Source of the DNA: Octopus sinensis
Taxonomy: Eukaryota
DNA length: 64,000 nt
Direction: 5' to 3'
NCBI RefSeq assembly: GCF_006345805.1
Contig: NC_043000.1
Location: 65,658,001 to 65,722,000, forward strand
Below the pieces are notes generated by a model. That model saw only the letters and a list, made by a program, of their open reading frames with translations, was not told the DNA's origin and ran no database searches. Positions 50,717 to 64,000 of this stretch are shown here, piece after piece (position 1 is the first letter of the stretch; every line of letters begins with the position of its first letter). The position numbers were made by a program, and so were the translations under genes.

Positions 50717-50950
50717 CATTCTACTATAGCCTCGGGCCGACCAAAGCCTTCTGAGAGGATTTAGTACATATGTGTGTGTGTATGTATGTGTTTGTTCCAC
50801 CATCGCGTGGTGTGTTTACGTTCCCGTAACTTAGCGGTTTGGCAAAAGACCGATAGAATAAGTACTAGGCTTACAAAGAATAAGTCCTAGTATCGATTTG
50901 TTCGACTAAAGGTGGTCCCCAAGTATGGCCGCAGTCAAATGACTGAAATA
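50717..50950 (+). mobile_element. SINE family B, partial
   Basis: TTCTACTATAGCCTCGGGCCGACCAAAGCC and family tail. Confidence 0.8.
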
Positions 50951-50969
50951 AAAAAAAAAATGAAAAAGA

Positions 50970-52254
50970 AATAAATTGCCTAAATTACGCAAAAATGAAA
51001 ATAACACTAACATCTCATTTTAACAGATATATTTACTAAAATTTCATAAAAAATCTTGAAATACTAAAGAGTAAATTTATTCAATAAAATCGCCATTGGC
51101 TTAAACCACGGCATCCACGCGACTTCGGAATCTCTTGCAATTCTTGTAGACGGTCTCCTTGTTTAAGTTGGTTTCCTTGTTTAAGCTGACGTAATCCTTG
51201 CCTTCAGTTCATATTTGGTGTTACAGGGAGTTTTGTTGGTCTCTCGCTCAACTGCGCCCCACACATAATAATCAAAGGGGTTGCAGTCTGAGGAGTTTAG
51301 GTGGACAGATATTAGGAACGATGTGGTCGCAGAAATTGTCTGTCAGCCATGACTGGGTTCTCCTGCTTGCGTGACATGGTGCAGAGTCCTGTTGCCAGAC
51401 ACAAGGTTTTCCAGCAGCCACCCTCTTGACCCAGGGCAGTACTACATCCCCCAAGTACTTGATGTAGGCCTTCTGTTGAGACCGAAGCAGTGTGGGAAGA
51501 TGAAATGAGGCATAACGTCACCATCACTAGTGATCAGTCCAAACATGATGTCGACTGGATGTTTGATTTTTTATTACTCTCGGTACATATTTTGGGGACA
51601 CGGCAAGCCAACGGTTGTTCTATGTTCACCATCTGATCCTGGCAGAAATTTTTCTCGTCTGAGAAAAACCAAAGTATGTTCGGTTGGAGGGTATGTTTGA
51701 GTTTGTTCATAAGCTTCGTAGCGCGGTCTTTCTTCTTGTCCTTGATAGCTTAGGATAAGAATTGGTCCTTTTTCATCTTGTTTGAGGAATACCGAATGTC
51801 TTCATGCACTATCTGCCTGATAAGAAACTCAGACACTCCCATGTTCTTGGCGATAGACCTGATTGACTTGGAGGGATGGTTGTCAATCATGGCCTGGCTC
51901 TCACCAACAAATTCAGGAGTTCTTTTATCAGAACGATCAGAGTGCGTTTTCTGATCTGCCGTACCTTCATAATCACCATTAGACTCACCCAAGTCTTTCT
52001 GAATCCTCTGCACTCTCTTCAGATTGACACCCAAACACTCTGAAATGTTCGTATTGGAGTTTCCGGCGCGAATGCAAAGCAGCACAGCATGTCATTTCCA
52101 AATTTTTGGCAGACTGAATTGCGTCATGGCGCTGTTTTTCTCACAGGCGGTACCCAACTGACCCTACTACATTGTGTAGTCTACAAAATCAAAAACAATG
52201 CACAAACACGAAATTAAAAGTATAAGATGGCGACAATTTACCCATCGCACCCTG
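50970..52254 (-). mobile_element. Tc1/mariner superfamily transposon, DD37D (maT-like), frameshifted
   Basis: TA+CAGGGTG terminus; paired-like HTH ORF; WFFSDEKNF, WQQDSAPCH, and after a 1 nt shift PPNSSDCNPFDYYVWG giving 37 residues between the last two Asp. Confidence 0.88.
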
Positions 52255-52418
52255 TATATAAAAGTAGTTTCAATCGGCAGCCTTAGCACAACACTTTTTA
52301 GTTGCAGCTCAGACCGTAGTTTTAGTGGTAAACCAAACTGAGCAACCATAGTACATAGCTACTACATTATTACGTCAGTTGACTAAAACTCCTTGTACAT
52401 CCTCTCTCTCTCTAAATT

Positions 52419-52455
<37 letters not shown>

Positions 52456-53848
52456 ATACATGCGTACATACATACATACATACATACATACATGCATGCA
52501 TATACATACATACATACATACAACATACATACATACATACATACATACATACATACATACATACGTACATACATACATATGCAAATGTATGTATGTATGT
52601 CATTGTATGTTTATTGTAATATTTATTAAACATTAAAAATATTGGACTCTTTCAATACAATTTGACGCAAGTAATAAAAAAAAAAAAAAACAGAAAAGAA
52701 ATTTCGCCGATGGAACACATCCTCGTACATTAATAAATAATTCTTACAAAAAAAATTAAAAAATGAGTAAACTAAAGCTTAAACTTGTGTGTGTGTGTTA
52801 GGGACAGAGAGAGAAGGGGGGGAGAGAGAGAGAGATGTAGTTTGGAAAGGAAAGTTTGCTAAAAATATCGAAGAGTTATGAAAATGAAATGGTGCTTGGA
52901 GGAAATTAGACTTGAGTAGTGGTTTCTGTTGTTGGACTATATTATGCACGAATCCAACATGAGGAAAGTTTGTCTACTATTTCTAACAGGTCAAGCGATC
53001 ACCGAAGGAGAGAAATGGTGGTAGATAGCACTTCGTAAGTAGGTAGTGAAGAGAGAGGTTGATTGTTCGGTGGGTGATAAAGACAGACGGACGGAATGTG
53101 TGAAATAGAGAGGGACAGCTTGCATTGCAAAGAAAGAGCCATTACGAATGAGAGGTATAGTGTGAGGTAAATGAGAGCAAGACAGTCGCATACGTGCAGA
53201 AAAAGGGAAAATTAGTCTATATAACGAGAGACAGCGGGGTAAAGGAAAAAATAGTGTAACTGCTCTTAGAAAAAGATATAAGATAGGAAGGACGTAATTT
53301 AGTAGAGTAGGAGGTAGATAAAAAGTGTGACAATGAGTAAAGTCGAGGTCTGTATTTATAGAGTGTGCGTGTGTGGTGATAGTGAGAGGAAGATGTAGTG
53401 AGGGGGAGTGTAAGCGAGAAGGGAAAGAGATAGTTTTTAAGAGAGGCGGTGGGAAAGTAAGACAGAAAAACATACAGAGACCGTGAGTAGAACAGGAAAA
53501 TCTAAAGAAAGAATGAAACAACTGATGTACGTGTGATGTATTACGAAGAAAGACAGACAGATTTATCGAGAAAGTAAAGCAGTCAGACATGAAGAGATAA
53601 ACACGTTAGTTTTACACATAGAGAGAAACACGTAGACATACTACGTATACAGACACAAAGGCATAGAGAGCATGAAGAAGGAGATACGAACTGAGTAAAG
53701 AGGAAAGAGATAGAAAGATAAAAGCAAAAGTGAGATAGAGGGATACACGTGCTTGAGAGTAAGACATCAATAAAAGAGAGGAGGTAGATATGAACCAAAG
53801 GACGGCCTATCACACATACGCACGCGCACACGCACGCACACACACGCG

Positions 53849-53914
<66 letters not shown>

Positions 53915-54050
53915 GATTGATAGAGCGGGGTAGAGCCAGGGGGAGGAAAGATCGAATAGTTTTTCTACAACCATACCAGTAACAACAGCTAAACAGAAGC
54001 TATATTTCGAAGATATCAAAATAAATCTTTGATATCGAAAAATGTATCTG

Positions 54051-54125
<75 letters not shown>

Positions 54126-54242
54126 TTCTTTTCAGTCTTTCTGGCACAGGACCAATCAAGGAACCCCACAAATCCAAGATCACCCTTGAAAACCAAGGGC
54201 AAATGCACTCGTCACAACAGTCGTTTTCCGACTTTTAGACGC

Positions 54243-54463
54243 TTTCTACCAAAGGGCACAAGGCCTGAAATTTTGGAGGAGGGGGCTAGTCGATGACATC
54301 GATCCCTGTATTTAACTGGTACTTATTTCATCGACGTCGAAAGGATGAAAGCAAAACCGACCCCGATAGAATTTGAATTCTGAACGTAAAGATGAACGAA
54401 ATGCTTAGCGGCACTTCTTCCGGTGTGGTAACCAGTCTGACATTTCACCACCCTAATAATAAT

Positions 54464-54509
<46 letters not shown>

Positions 54510-54707
54510 TAATAATGGTTTCAAATTTTGCCTCAAGGGCAGCAATTTTGGTGGAGGGGATGAATCGATTACATCGACCAGTGTTCAACTGGTACTTATT
54601 TTATCGATCCCCAAAGGATGAAAGGCAAAGTTGACCGCGGCGGAATTTGAACTCAGGACGTGCAGACAGACGAAACGCCGCTAAGCATTTCACCTGGCGT
54701 GCTAACG

Positions 54708-54758
<51 letters not shown>

Positions 54759-54769
54759 TAATAGTAGTA

Positions 54770-54838
<69 letters not shown>

Positions 54839-55025
54839 GTTTCAAATTTTGCCTCAAGGCGCAATTTTGGTGGAGGGGATGAATCGATTACATCGACCAG
54901 TGTTCAACTGGTACTTATTTTATCGATCCCCAAAGGATGAAAGGCAAAGTTGACCGCGCGGAATTTGAACTCAGGACGTGCAGACAGACGAAACGCCGCT
55001 AAGCATTTCACCTGGCGTGCTAACG

Positions 55026-55027
<2 letters not shown>
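54243..55027 (-). mobile_element. Three tandem SINE family C copies separated by (TAA)n; last two nearly identical
   Basis: 54515-54708 and 54838-55027 differ only by small indels. Confidence 0.85.
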
Positions 55028-55082
<55 letters not shown>

Positions 55083-55127
55083 GTAGTAGTAATAATAATA
55101 ATAATAATAATAATAATAGTAATAATA

Positions 55128-55164
<37 letters not shown>

Positions 55165-55169
55165 TAATG

Positions 55170-55206
<37 letters not shown>

Positions 55207-55776
55207 TGATGATGATAATGATAATAAAAATAATAATTAAAATAATAACAACAACAACAACAATAATTGTTTTAAATTTTGGCACAAGGCCAGCAATTTC
55301 AAAGACTGGGGTTTAGTCAATTACGTCGACCTCCAGTATAAGACTGGTATTTCATTTAATCGCTTACGAAAAGGTAAACAATGATTTCTTTCTTTTTTTC
55401 TTTATTTTCTTAACCAGAAAGATTGAAAAACAGTTGAGAACGGTACAAGAGGATAGTAGGGAATTAATTTAAAATGCGTTCACAAGGGAAATAAAAAAAA
55501 ACAAAGGAAAAATTTTTTTTTTAATCGCCAAAAGGTGATAGATGTCCTAGGATTACCCGTGGAAACCTTACGAGTCTCATGGTTACCTAAACAACTAAAA
55601 TAATATCTCTTTCCAGTAATCTTTCTCTAATTTAATAATGATAAAGAGAATGTTTTATGATTTCCACACAAATTGCAATCGGCTGTCTACTTTTCAGATA
55701 TCAATATGGCATCGTATTATAGCGGAAATGACGTCAGATCAATCGTGCACATAATTTGAAAGAACATGAGAATTCG

Positions 55777-55849
<73 letters not shown>

Positions 55850-56332
55850 TTTATGAAAAACAATGAGCCTAACAAAATACGTCTGGTTTCGCTCGAAAGC
55901 ACATCAAGGATTGAATTAATAAATATAGCAAGGCTCCTTTTTTACAGTTAACTAGCGAAGAGAATTTACACAGAAGTATAGAAAGACAACTATACCGTTA
56001 AAGGCAGGGTTGTTTTCATTAATTATCTCCATCAACATCATCATTGTACGCCCGGTTTCTATTACCATATATAATCTCCCATCCCACGACTTTCTCTTTC
56101 CGGTATAGCTATCTTTGTGCTGGCTATGTTTATCTGTATTTCTCTCCAGATATTTGCATATAAGAAGCCCTCTCTTCTTTACTAATTTTACCCCCTGATG
56201 CACCTTTGGGCTCATTGTTTTTGATAAAACGTATAAATACTCAGAATTTCCACAATGAGTTCCTCGTTCTAAATTTACTAACCGTGTTCTTATGAACTGG
56301 TAACACGAGGAATACTCATATTTAAAATATAG

Positions 56333-56397
<65 letters not shown>

Positions 56398-56535
56398 GTA
56401 TGAGTGTATATCTCTGTGTGTGTATGCGTGTGTGTGTGTGTCTGTATGTATGTATGTATGTATGTATGTATGTGTGTATGTATGTATGTATGTATGTATG
56501 TATGTATGTAGTGTATGTATGGTGTGTATGTATGT

Positions 56536-56569
<34 letters not shown>

Positions 56570-56580
56570 ATATATATTAT

Positions 56581-56632
<52 letters not shown>

Positions 56633-57499
56633 ACATACATATATATTACATACATATATTATAATATATATATATATATATCTATATATATATATATATA
56701 TACATATATACATATATATATAATATAAATATTAATAGCTGAAAATTATCATTACGCTGTGCGTATGTTAATGCATGTCTGTGCGTGTGTACGAGTATAT
56801 ATCCCTGTGTGTATGCGTATGTGTGTGTGTGCGTGCATGTGCGTGTGTGAATGCACGCGCGCGCGTCTGTATGTGTAACAGGTTTCTGCAGGCATAAAAT
56901 GCTCGATACATAGATTGTGATTTAGTTTTATTGTCAAACTTACTAAAAATCATGTGACAGTGGAGATATAAAATATTACTTCTGTATGTTTATTTCACTA
57001 CTACATATCGGTATATCTTAAATTCCCTCAACATTAGTCAAACTTTGTACAGCTTGTCTATATTTTAAGTAACAATGCGCTCATACATTCATTCATAACT
57101 TCAACGCATTAACTTTCTCAAATCACTTTTGCCTGTTTTACCATATTTGGACAAATTTCGTAAAACCCTACACAATTTATTTTTAACTAACACAAAGAAA
57201 ACAGTACCCTCGATACAATATATGCATGTTAGCATTTTTCTATTTCGTTCAGCTTTATTCGTCTAATGACTATTCATCAAACCCTATGTACTAAACTTTT
57301 TGTCATGATATATTATCATTAACTACTCAATATCATTATATGTATGTAATTTGTATGTATGTATGAATGTATGTATGTATGTATGTATGTATTTATGTAT
57401 GTATGTATGTATGTATGTATGTATGTATGTATGTATGTATGTATGTATGTATGTATGTATGTATGTATGTATGTATGTATGTATGTATGCATGTTTGTA

Positions 57500-58050
57500 T
57501 GTTAAACGGTACAAAGACTGCAGAAAAGGCAACCTAAAGGAATGGCAGATCAATGTAAAGAACTGGGAAGAACTAGTTTTAGAAAGAGCTGAGCGGAGGA
57601 AACGTATAATGGAAGGGTGTTAAACTTTTGAGGAGGGTCGCCTAGAGCACGAAAGCTTAGAGCTTCGGAGGGGCTGTCATCAGAACCTCTATGGAGCATA
57701 AAATGTTGGCAGTGTAAAACACGTAGCCAGGTACTCTCTTCCAAACATGGGTATGTCAACTATCTGAAATCGCATAAAAGATCAACTGTATGCAATTTCA
57801 TCGACGTCATAGACTGGGTAATGCGACGGGTGTGGCGTGTGAAAGGGCTTGCAAGTCGATTTCGATTCTGAAGAGACGTATGACGGTTCGTTTAGATCAT
57901 ATCTCACAAAACATTCCAGTCAATCCAGTTGAAGTTTCAACTTCCGTGTGCTACCAATGCTTCAAAGCATGCAGATCAGCAACAGGATTGAATAGTCATA
58001 TGAGAGGTCATGGACGGACTGTCAGAAATGCCATTGACTACGAGGAAGCT
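57500..58050 (+). mobile_element. RTE-type LINE 3' end with C2H2-like zinc-finger remnants
   Basis: KRYKD..NLK..I...WEEL...R...R..I..G and CYQCFKACRSATGLNSHMRGH. Confidence 0.75.
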
Positions 58051-58299
58051 CTGTGCGATTTCTTTTATTCTTTTATTTGTTTTAGTCATTTGACTGCGGC
58101 CATGCTGGAGCACCGCCTTTAGTCGAGCAAATCGACCCCAGGACTTATTCTTTGTATGCATGTGGTTGGTAAGCAAGCTACTTACCACCAGCATCCACCA
58201 TGCACGTATGTATGCATTGTAGTATGTATGCAAGTATGCATGTATGTATGTATGTATGTATGTATGTATGTATTATGTATGTATGTATGTATGTATGTA

Positions 58300-58662
58300 T
58301 AGGAGTGGCTTTGTGGTAAGTAGCTTGCTTACCAACCACATGGTTCCGGGTTCAGTGCCACACAGTGTCTTCTACTATAGCCTCGGTCCGACCAAAGCCT
58401 TGTGAGTGGATTTGGTAAACGAAAACTGAAAGAAGCCCGTCGTATATATATGTATATGTGTGTGTGTGTGTGTTTGTCCCCCACCCACCATCACTTGACA
58501 ACCGATGTTGGTGTGTTCACGTCCCCGTAACTTAGCGGTTCGGCAAAAGAAACCTATAGAATAAGTACTAAGCATACAAAGAATAAGTCCTGGGGTCGGT
58601 CTGTTCGACTAAAAGTGGTGCTCCAGCATGGCCGCAATCAAATGACTGAAACAAATAAAAGA
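58300..58662 (+). mobile_element. SINE family B
   Basis: Head and tail match 42512-42922. Confidence 0.85.
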
Positions 58663-58710
58663 ATGTATGTATGTATGTATGTATGTATGTATGTATGTAT
58701 GTATGTATGT

Positions 58711-58779
<69 letters not shown>

Positions 58780-59959
58780 GGGGGTTACAAAGTTGTTTTT
58801 GTTATTCAAAATACCCTGATATTGTGTAGTTTTTGGATGGAAAAGTAACTAGACAATCGTTGATTCATAATTTTTGAACTTAAGTTGAACAAATCTATCC
58901 TAGTACTTATTCTTTTAGAATTCTGGTACTTATTCTCTCTGTCATATTTGCTGAACAGCTATGTTATGGGGACAGAACATAAGTTAAGTATGTTATATCG
59001 ATGAACATTTTAGTTTTGAGCGGCTTCTATTGAAGAGAGTATATTTTATTTATCTTGCTCATGCAACCCAATTGCAAACCACTGTGTTATTTTTACTTTA
59101 TTCTATATAATTCAAACTACCGAATTCGATCTCCTTTCGGAAGTGACACGAGTATGTGACATTGACAAGCTAGCAGAATATGTATCTGTCGCTCTTGTAA
59201 TCACTTCTGGGACGATTTCGTTGTACCTAGTTCTGAAGTATATTGTATTTTTAATACAATGTGTCTGTAAAGGGATTTTTCTCGGACGATAAACGGCAGC
59301 TTTTGGTTTTTCAGCGACACGTATACGTTAAGTATACATGTGTATACGTTAAGTATACATAAAGATTTTACTATAGTTCTACTTCGATTGCATAATACAA
59401 ATACATACACACATATACACACTAACCAATATATTGAGTACTCTTTCTCTTATGTTGTAAAATCAAACTTACCCACTTACATATGTTGTGCGTTTATTCT
59501 TCTATTTCACTTAACCATAACTTTACTTATACCGTGAGTTGTATGTAGGTAGATGAACAAGTGGCCTTTCGTTCTTTGTCCAAATATATGTTGTTAGGAT
59601 TATAGAAACAAACGTAGTATTATCTTATCAAAAGCCGGTATGTTATTTAACATTGTTAGAAATATAAACGTGTAATTTTATTTTTCAACACTAAGCGGTT
59701 AAGAGTGGTACTGCTTTCACTTAATATCAAAGAATGCTGCAACTGTCTGTTTTTAGTTAGATTTCACTTTGCCACCATCATTCTCTCTCCATTTCTCACC
59801 GTGATTCTCTCTCACTCCATTTCTCTCTGTCTCTCACGCAGTCTTTCACTTTCTTTATGTATGTATACACACACAAACACACACACACGTATATAGTTAT
59901 ATATATCTATGTATGTGTAGTTATATATACACGCATACACATACATATGTTATATATGG

Positions 59960-60012
<53 letters not shown>

Positions 60013-60054
60013 ATATACATACATACACAAATGTATACACATGCATACAGTGTG

Positions 60055-60430
60055 AGGGGTGGCTGTATGGTAAGAATTTGCTTCTCAACCGCATGGTTCC
60101 GGGTTCAGTCCCACAACGTGACACCTTGGGCAAGTGCCCTCCACTATAGCCTCGGGTCGACCAAAGCCTTGTGAGTGGATTTGGTAGACTGAAACTGAAA
60201 GAATCCCATCGTTATATGTGTTTGTCTGTCTGTCTGTCTCTTTGTGCGTCTTTGCATCTGTGTCTGTCTCCCACCTCCGCTTGATAACCGGTGCTGGTGT
60301 GTTTACATCCCCATAACTTCGTAGTTCGGCAAAAGTAGACGATAGAATAAGTACCAAGGTGAAAACAAATATTGGGATCGATTCATCCGACTAAAATTCT
60401 TTATGGTAGTACTCCAGCATGGCCGCAGTG
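60055..60430 (+). mobile_element. SINE family B
   Basis: Head and body match 42512-42922. Confidence 0.8.
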
Positions 60431-61127
60431 TTGGTGTGTGCATATGTGTGTGACTCTCAATGTGTGTCTCATATTCTGTCTGTATTCCATTATTCCAGAG
60501 AGAATAGAAAGAGAGAATGGCAGAAAAATAGAAGGATTGAAGAGAGACTGTACAAGGAAGAAAAACAGATCATAACGTAACACAAACGTACCGCCACTGT
60601 CATCAATATTGCTTCTCCCTCTCTCTTTCTCCCTCGCTTTCCCTCTCTCTGTCTCTCTCTACACACTCACTCACACACATCCACAAACATACACATAATA
60701 TTCCTCTCTTTGTATGTATCCTTCATTCGCTACCGTCTCTAGTCTATTAATTCTTAAAAGGCAGACAAAGACAAAGAAAGAGGGGGAGAAGAGAAGAGGT
60801 CGAAGAGAGGGAGAGGGGGAGACAGAATGTGAAGAGGAAAAGAGACAGAAGGTGAGAGATGAGAGAGAGAGAATACTAACTATTCCATTTCAACTTTGTC
60901 TTTCTACATCTTCCTTCTTTATAAACATTAGGGTGTTGTCTAAGGAAAATTTGAATATTATTTCTTTAAATAAATGTTATATGAACCCGCATTATGAGGT
61001 GACGGATATTAATATATAAATATGGTTTTCTGGGTGTTTATTTTGTAGTTTCTGAAAATTAGGCGGCCGTGTATATGCATGTATGCTTATTCGGATATAT
61101 TTATGCATATATATATGGGCGTGTGTC

Positions 61128-61185
<58 letters not shown>

Positions 61186-62214
61186 CATACATATATATAT
61201 ATATACAGAGAGGGAGAGAGAAAGGGAGAGGGAGCGAGACAGACAGACAGATAGGCAGGCAGGCAGATAGATAGATAGATAGATAGATATAGATAGTGCC
61301 GTCAACATCCCAGAACGACCAGTCTACCCTCCGGGTCTACGAATATCGTCTTGATCTTCGAGATCCAGGCTCTTGTGAAAAAGTACCGCGGTGCCACTAC
61401 CGCCCATCCTCGGAAACGGGAGCGAAATAAATGTTAAACTGTCCGCCAAACATGGACTTTAGGGCCCGTGGCTCGTGGAGTCTGTTCTCACTTATGGCTA
61501 TGATTCCCAAATCATGTGACTTGAATGTCATTTAGGAGGTATCCCTTGTTTCCAAGGAGACCCCAAGCCACGCGCAAGATAGATAGACATGTATATGTTG
61601 TGTGTTTGTGTATCGTGTGCCTATGTATGTATGTATATATGTATTAACGTATATTTCATATATTAAAGACAATTTAAGATCAAACAGAAGGACTGTTCAA
61701 TACTCTTCGTAGAATACAAATTTATTGTTCTTTAACAAGAATAGTATAGACACTGACTTCGAAGTTTCGGTGAGCTAAGCAGTTTTGGCGAAAGAGACCG
61801 TTAGAATAGTACTAGGCTTAAAAGTAGTTCTAAGGTCGATTTCTTCGACTATCTCCTTTTAAGGTGGTGCCGTGCCCCATCATGGCCACAATAAATGGCT
61901 GAACAAGTAATATACATATCATCTATCGATCTATTCTATCTATCTATCTACTATCTCTCTATCTATCTATCTATCTATCTATCTACATATCTATCTTTAT
62001 ATATATATATAGATAATATATATAGTAGGCGCAGGAGTAGCAGTGTGGTAAGTAGCTTGTTTACCACCACATGGTTCCGGGAAAGAAGCCCGTCGTATAT
62101 ATGGTATATATTATAATGTGTATGTGTGTGTGTTGTGTGTCTGTGGTTTTTGTCCCCCTAGCATTGCTTGACAACCGATGCTGGTGTGTTTATGTCCCCG
62201 TCACTTAGCGGTTC

Positions 62215-62314
62215 NNNNNNNNNNNNNNNNNNNNNNNNNNNNNNNNNNNNNNNNNNNNNNNNNNNNNNNNNNNNNNNNNNNNNNNNNNNNNNNNNNNNNN
62301 NNNNNNNNNNNNNN
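62215..62314. other. 100-N scaffold gap with overlapping contig ends
   Basis: 61231-62214 is repeated as 62315-63284. Confidence 0.95.
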
Positions 62315-62379
62315 GGAGCGAGACAGACAGACAGATAGGCAGGCAGGCAGATAGATAGATAGATATAATAGATAGATAG

Positions 62380-62657
62380 TGCGTCAACATCCAGAACGAC
62401 CAGTCTACCCTCCGGGTCTACGAATATCGTCTTGACTTCGAGATCCAGGCTCTTGTGAAAAAGTACCGCGGTGCCACTACCGCCCATCCTCGGAAGACAG
62501 GGAGCGAAATAAATGTTAAACTGTCCGCCAAACATGGACTTTAGGGCCCGTGGCTCGTGGAGTCTGGTCTCACTTATGGCTATGATTCCCAAATCATGTG
62601 ACTTGATGTCATTTAGGAGGTATCCTTGTTTCCAAGGAGACCCCAAGCCACGCGCAA
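62380..62657 (-). pseudogene. APE endonuclease fragment of an L1/Tx1-like LINE (duplicate at 61296-61577)
   Basis: ARGL..IIAISETRL..GSGTAVLF..D.EGRLVVLDV; bounded by (GATA)n. Confidence 0.8.
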
Positions 62658-62999
62658 GATAGATAGACATGTATATGTGTGTGTTTGTGTATCTGTGTGC
62701 CTATGTATGTATGTATATATGTATTAACGTATATTTTCATATATTAAAGACAATTTAAGATCAAACAGAAGGACTGTTCAATACTCTTCGTAGAATACAA
62801 ATTTATTGTTCTTTAACAAGAATAGTATAGACACTGACTTCGAAGTTTCGGTGAGCTAAGCAGTTTGGCGAAAGAGACCGTTAGAATAAGTACTAGGCTT
62901 AAAAAGTATGTTCTAAGGTCGATTTCTTCGACTATATCCTTTTAAGGTGGTGCCCCAGCATGGCCACAATAAAATGGCTGAACAAGTAATATACATATC

Positions 63000-63067
<68 letters not shown>

Positions 63068-63096
63068 GTATATATATATATATATATATATATAGT

Positions 63097-63174
63097 AGGC
63101 GCAGGAGTAGCAGTGTGGTAAGTAGCTTGTTTACCAACCACATGGTTCCGGGAAAGAAGCCCGTCGTATATATG

Positions 63175-63205
<31 letters not shown>

Positions 63206-63417
63206 TTGTGTGTCTGTGTTTGTCCCCCTAGCATTGCTTGACAACCGATGCTGGTGTGTTTATGTCCCCGTCACTTAGCGGTTCGGCAAAAGAGAACGAT
63301 AGAATAAGTACTGGGCTTACAAAGAATAAGTCCCGGGGTCGAGTTGCTCGATTAAAGGCGGTCCTCCAGCATGGCCGCAGTCAAATGACTGAAACAAATA
63401 AAAGAGTAAAAGAGAGT
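63097..63417 (+). mobile_element. SINE family B, internally deleted
   Basis: GGCGCAGGAGT head joined to AAGAAGCCCGTCG body and full tail. Confidence 0.85.
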
Positions 63418-63526
63418 AATATAGTTAATCCAAACATGAAAACACAAAGAGAAAACACAACAACACGAGGACGTGGAACAAGTATAGTGTTATTGGACGC
63501 TCAGGAAAGGAAAGAAAGAAGGAGGC

Positions 63527-63559
63527 TTTAACGCTTCGAGCGGAGCTCTTCGTCAGAAA
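63527..63559 (-). ncRNA. Minimal hammerhead-like motif, GAGC/GCTC family
   Basis: Minus strand TTT-CTGACGA-A-GAGC tcc GCTC-GAAGCGTT-AAA; canonical CUGACGA, A15.1 to G. Confidence 0.55.
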
Positions 63560-63627
63560 CATATAAAAAGGAAAGATTCAAGGAAGGGAAGACGGAGGAA
63601 AAAAATCGCCAACGATACACACGCGGT

Positions 63628-63658
<31 letters not shown>

Positions 63659-63791
63659 CTACAAGAGTTGAGAAATGAAGTGAGAGAATAGACATTTATT
63701 CCATTCGTTTACAGTTGTTTCATAATCTTGTAAGTTATATAATAGATATTACATCATCCTTCGCATGTACATAAAATATGCAAATAAATAC

Positions 63792-63851
<60 letters not shown>

Positions 63852-64000
63852 ACAACCATATCAACAGAAATGATAAGAAATTTAACAGACCTATTTTTAG
63901 AAGGATTCACTGAAGTTGAAAACATTAACACACACACACACACACACATACACACACACAGTATACCGTAATCAGAAATGGAGAAGTATATAAGCTGTGG

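Noticed and set aside
52991-53590. 199 aa ORF
   Set aside because: AG-rich low-complexity DNA lacking stops by composition.
61231-63284. ~1 kb tandem duplication
   Set aside because: Copies end and start exactly at the 100-N gap and differ mainly by indels: unmerged contig overlap.
63705-63770. GAAACAACTGTA on the minus strand
   Set aside because: No valid CUGANGA core.

Overview
Repeat-saturated eukaryotic DNA. The SINE families and microsatellite style point to a cephalopod, most likely Octopus (inference). No intact protein-coding gene is present; almost all listed ORFs are microsatellite translations or transposon remnants. Recognisable elements: three R4/Dong-type RLE LINEs in (TAA)n tracts, two long Penelope-like (PLE) RT/GIY-YIG remnants plus a third GIY-YIG tail, pogo/Tigger, maT-type DD37D, hAT-Charlie and hATm-like DNA transposon remnants, RTE and L1/Tx1 fragments, and many tRNA-derived SINEs. 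The most striking unannotated signal is a set of type I hammerhead ribozyme (HHR) motifs. Five sequence-unrelated foldback cassettes in or next to (TA)n tracts each carry a hammerhead in both arms with identical polarity (left arm minus, right arm plus, 3' ends outward). One cassette still encloses a PLE GIY-YIG C-terminus, and two use a U3-A8 covariant core. A separate minimal-HHR family has six dispersed copies. A few short minus-strand exon candidates of an unknown small Cys-containing host protein are tentative. The ~1 kb duplication around the 100-N gap is probably an assembly artefact. All folding and motif calls were made by eye.
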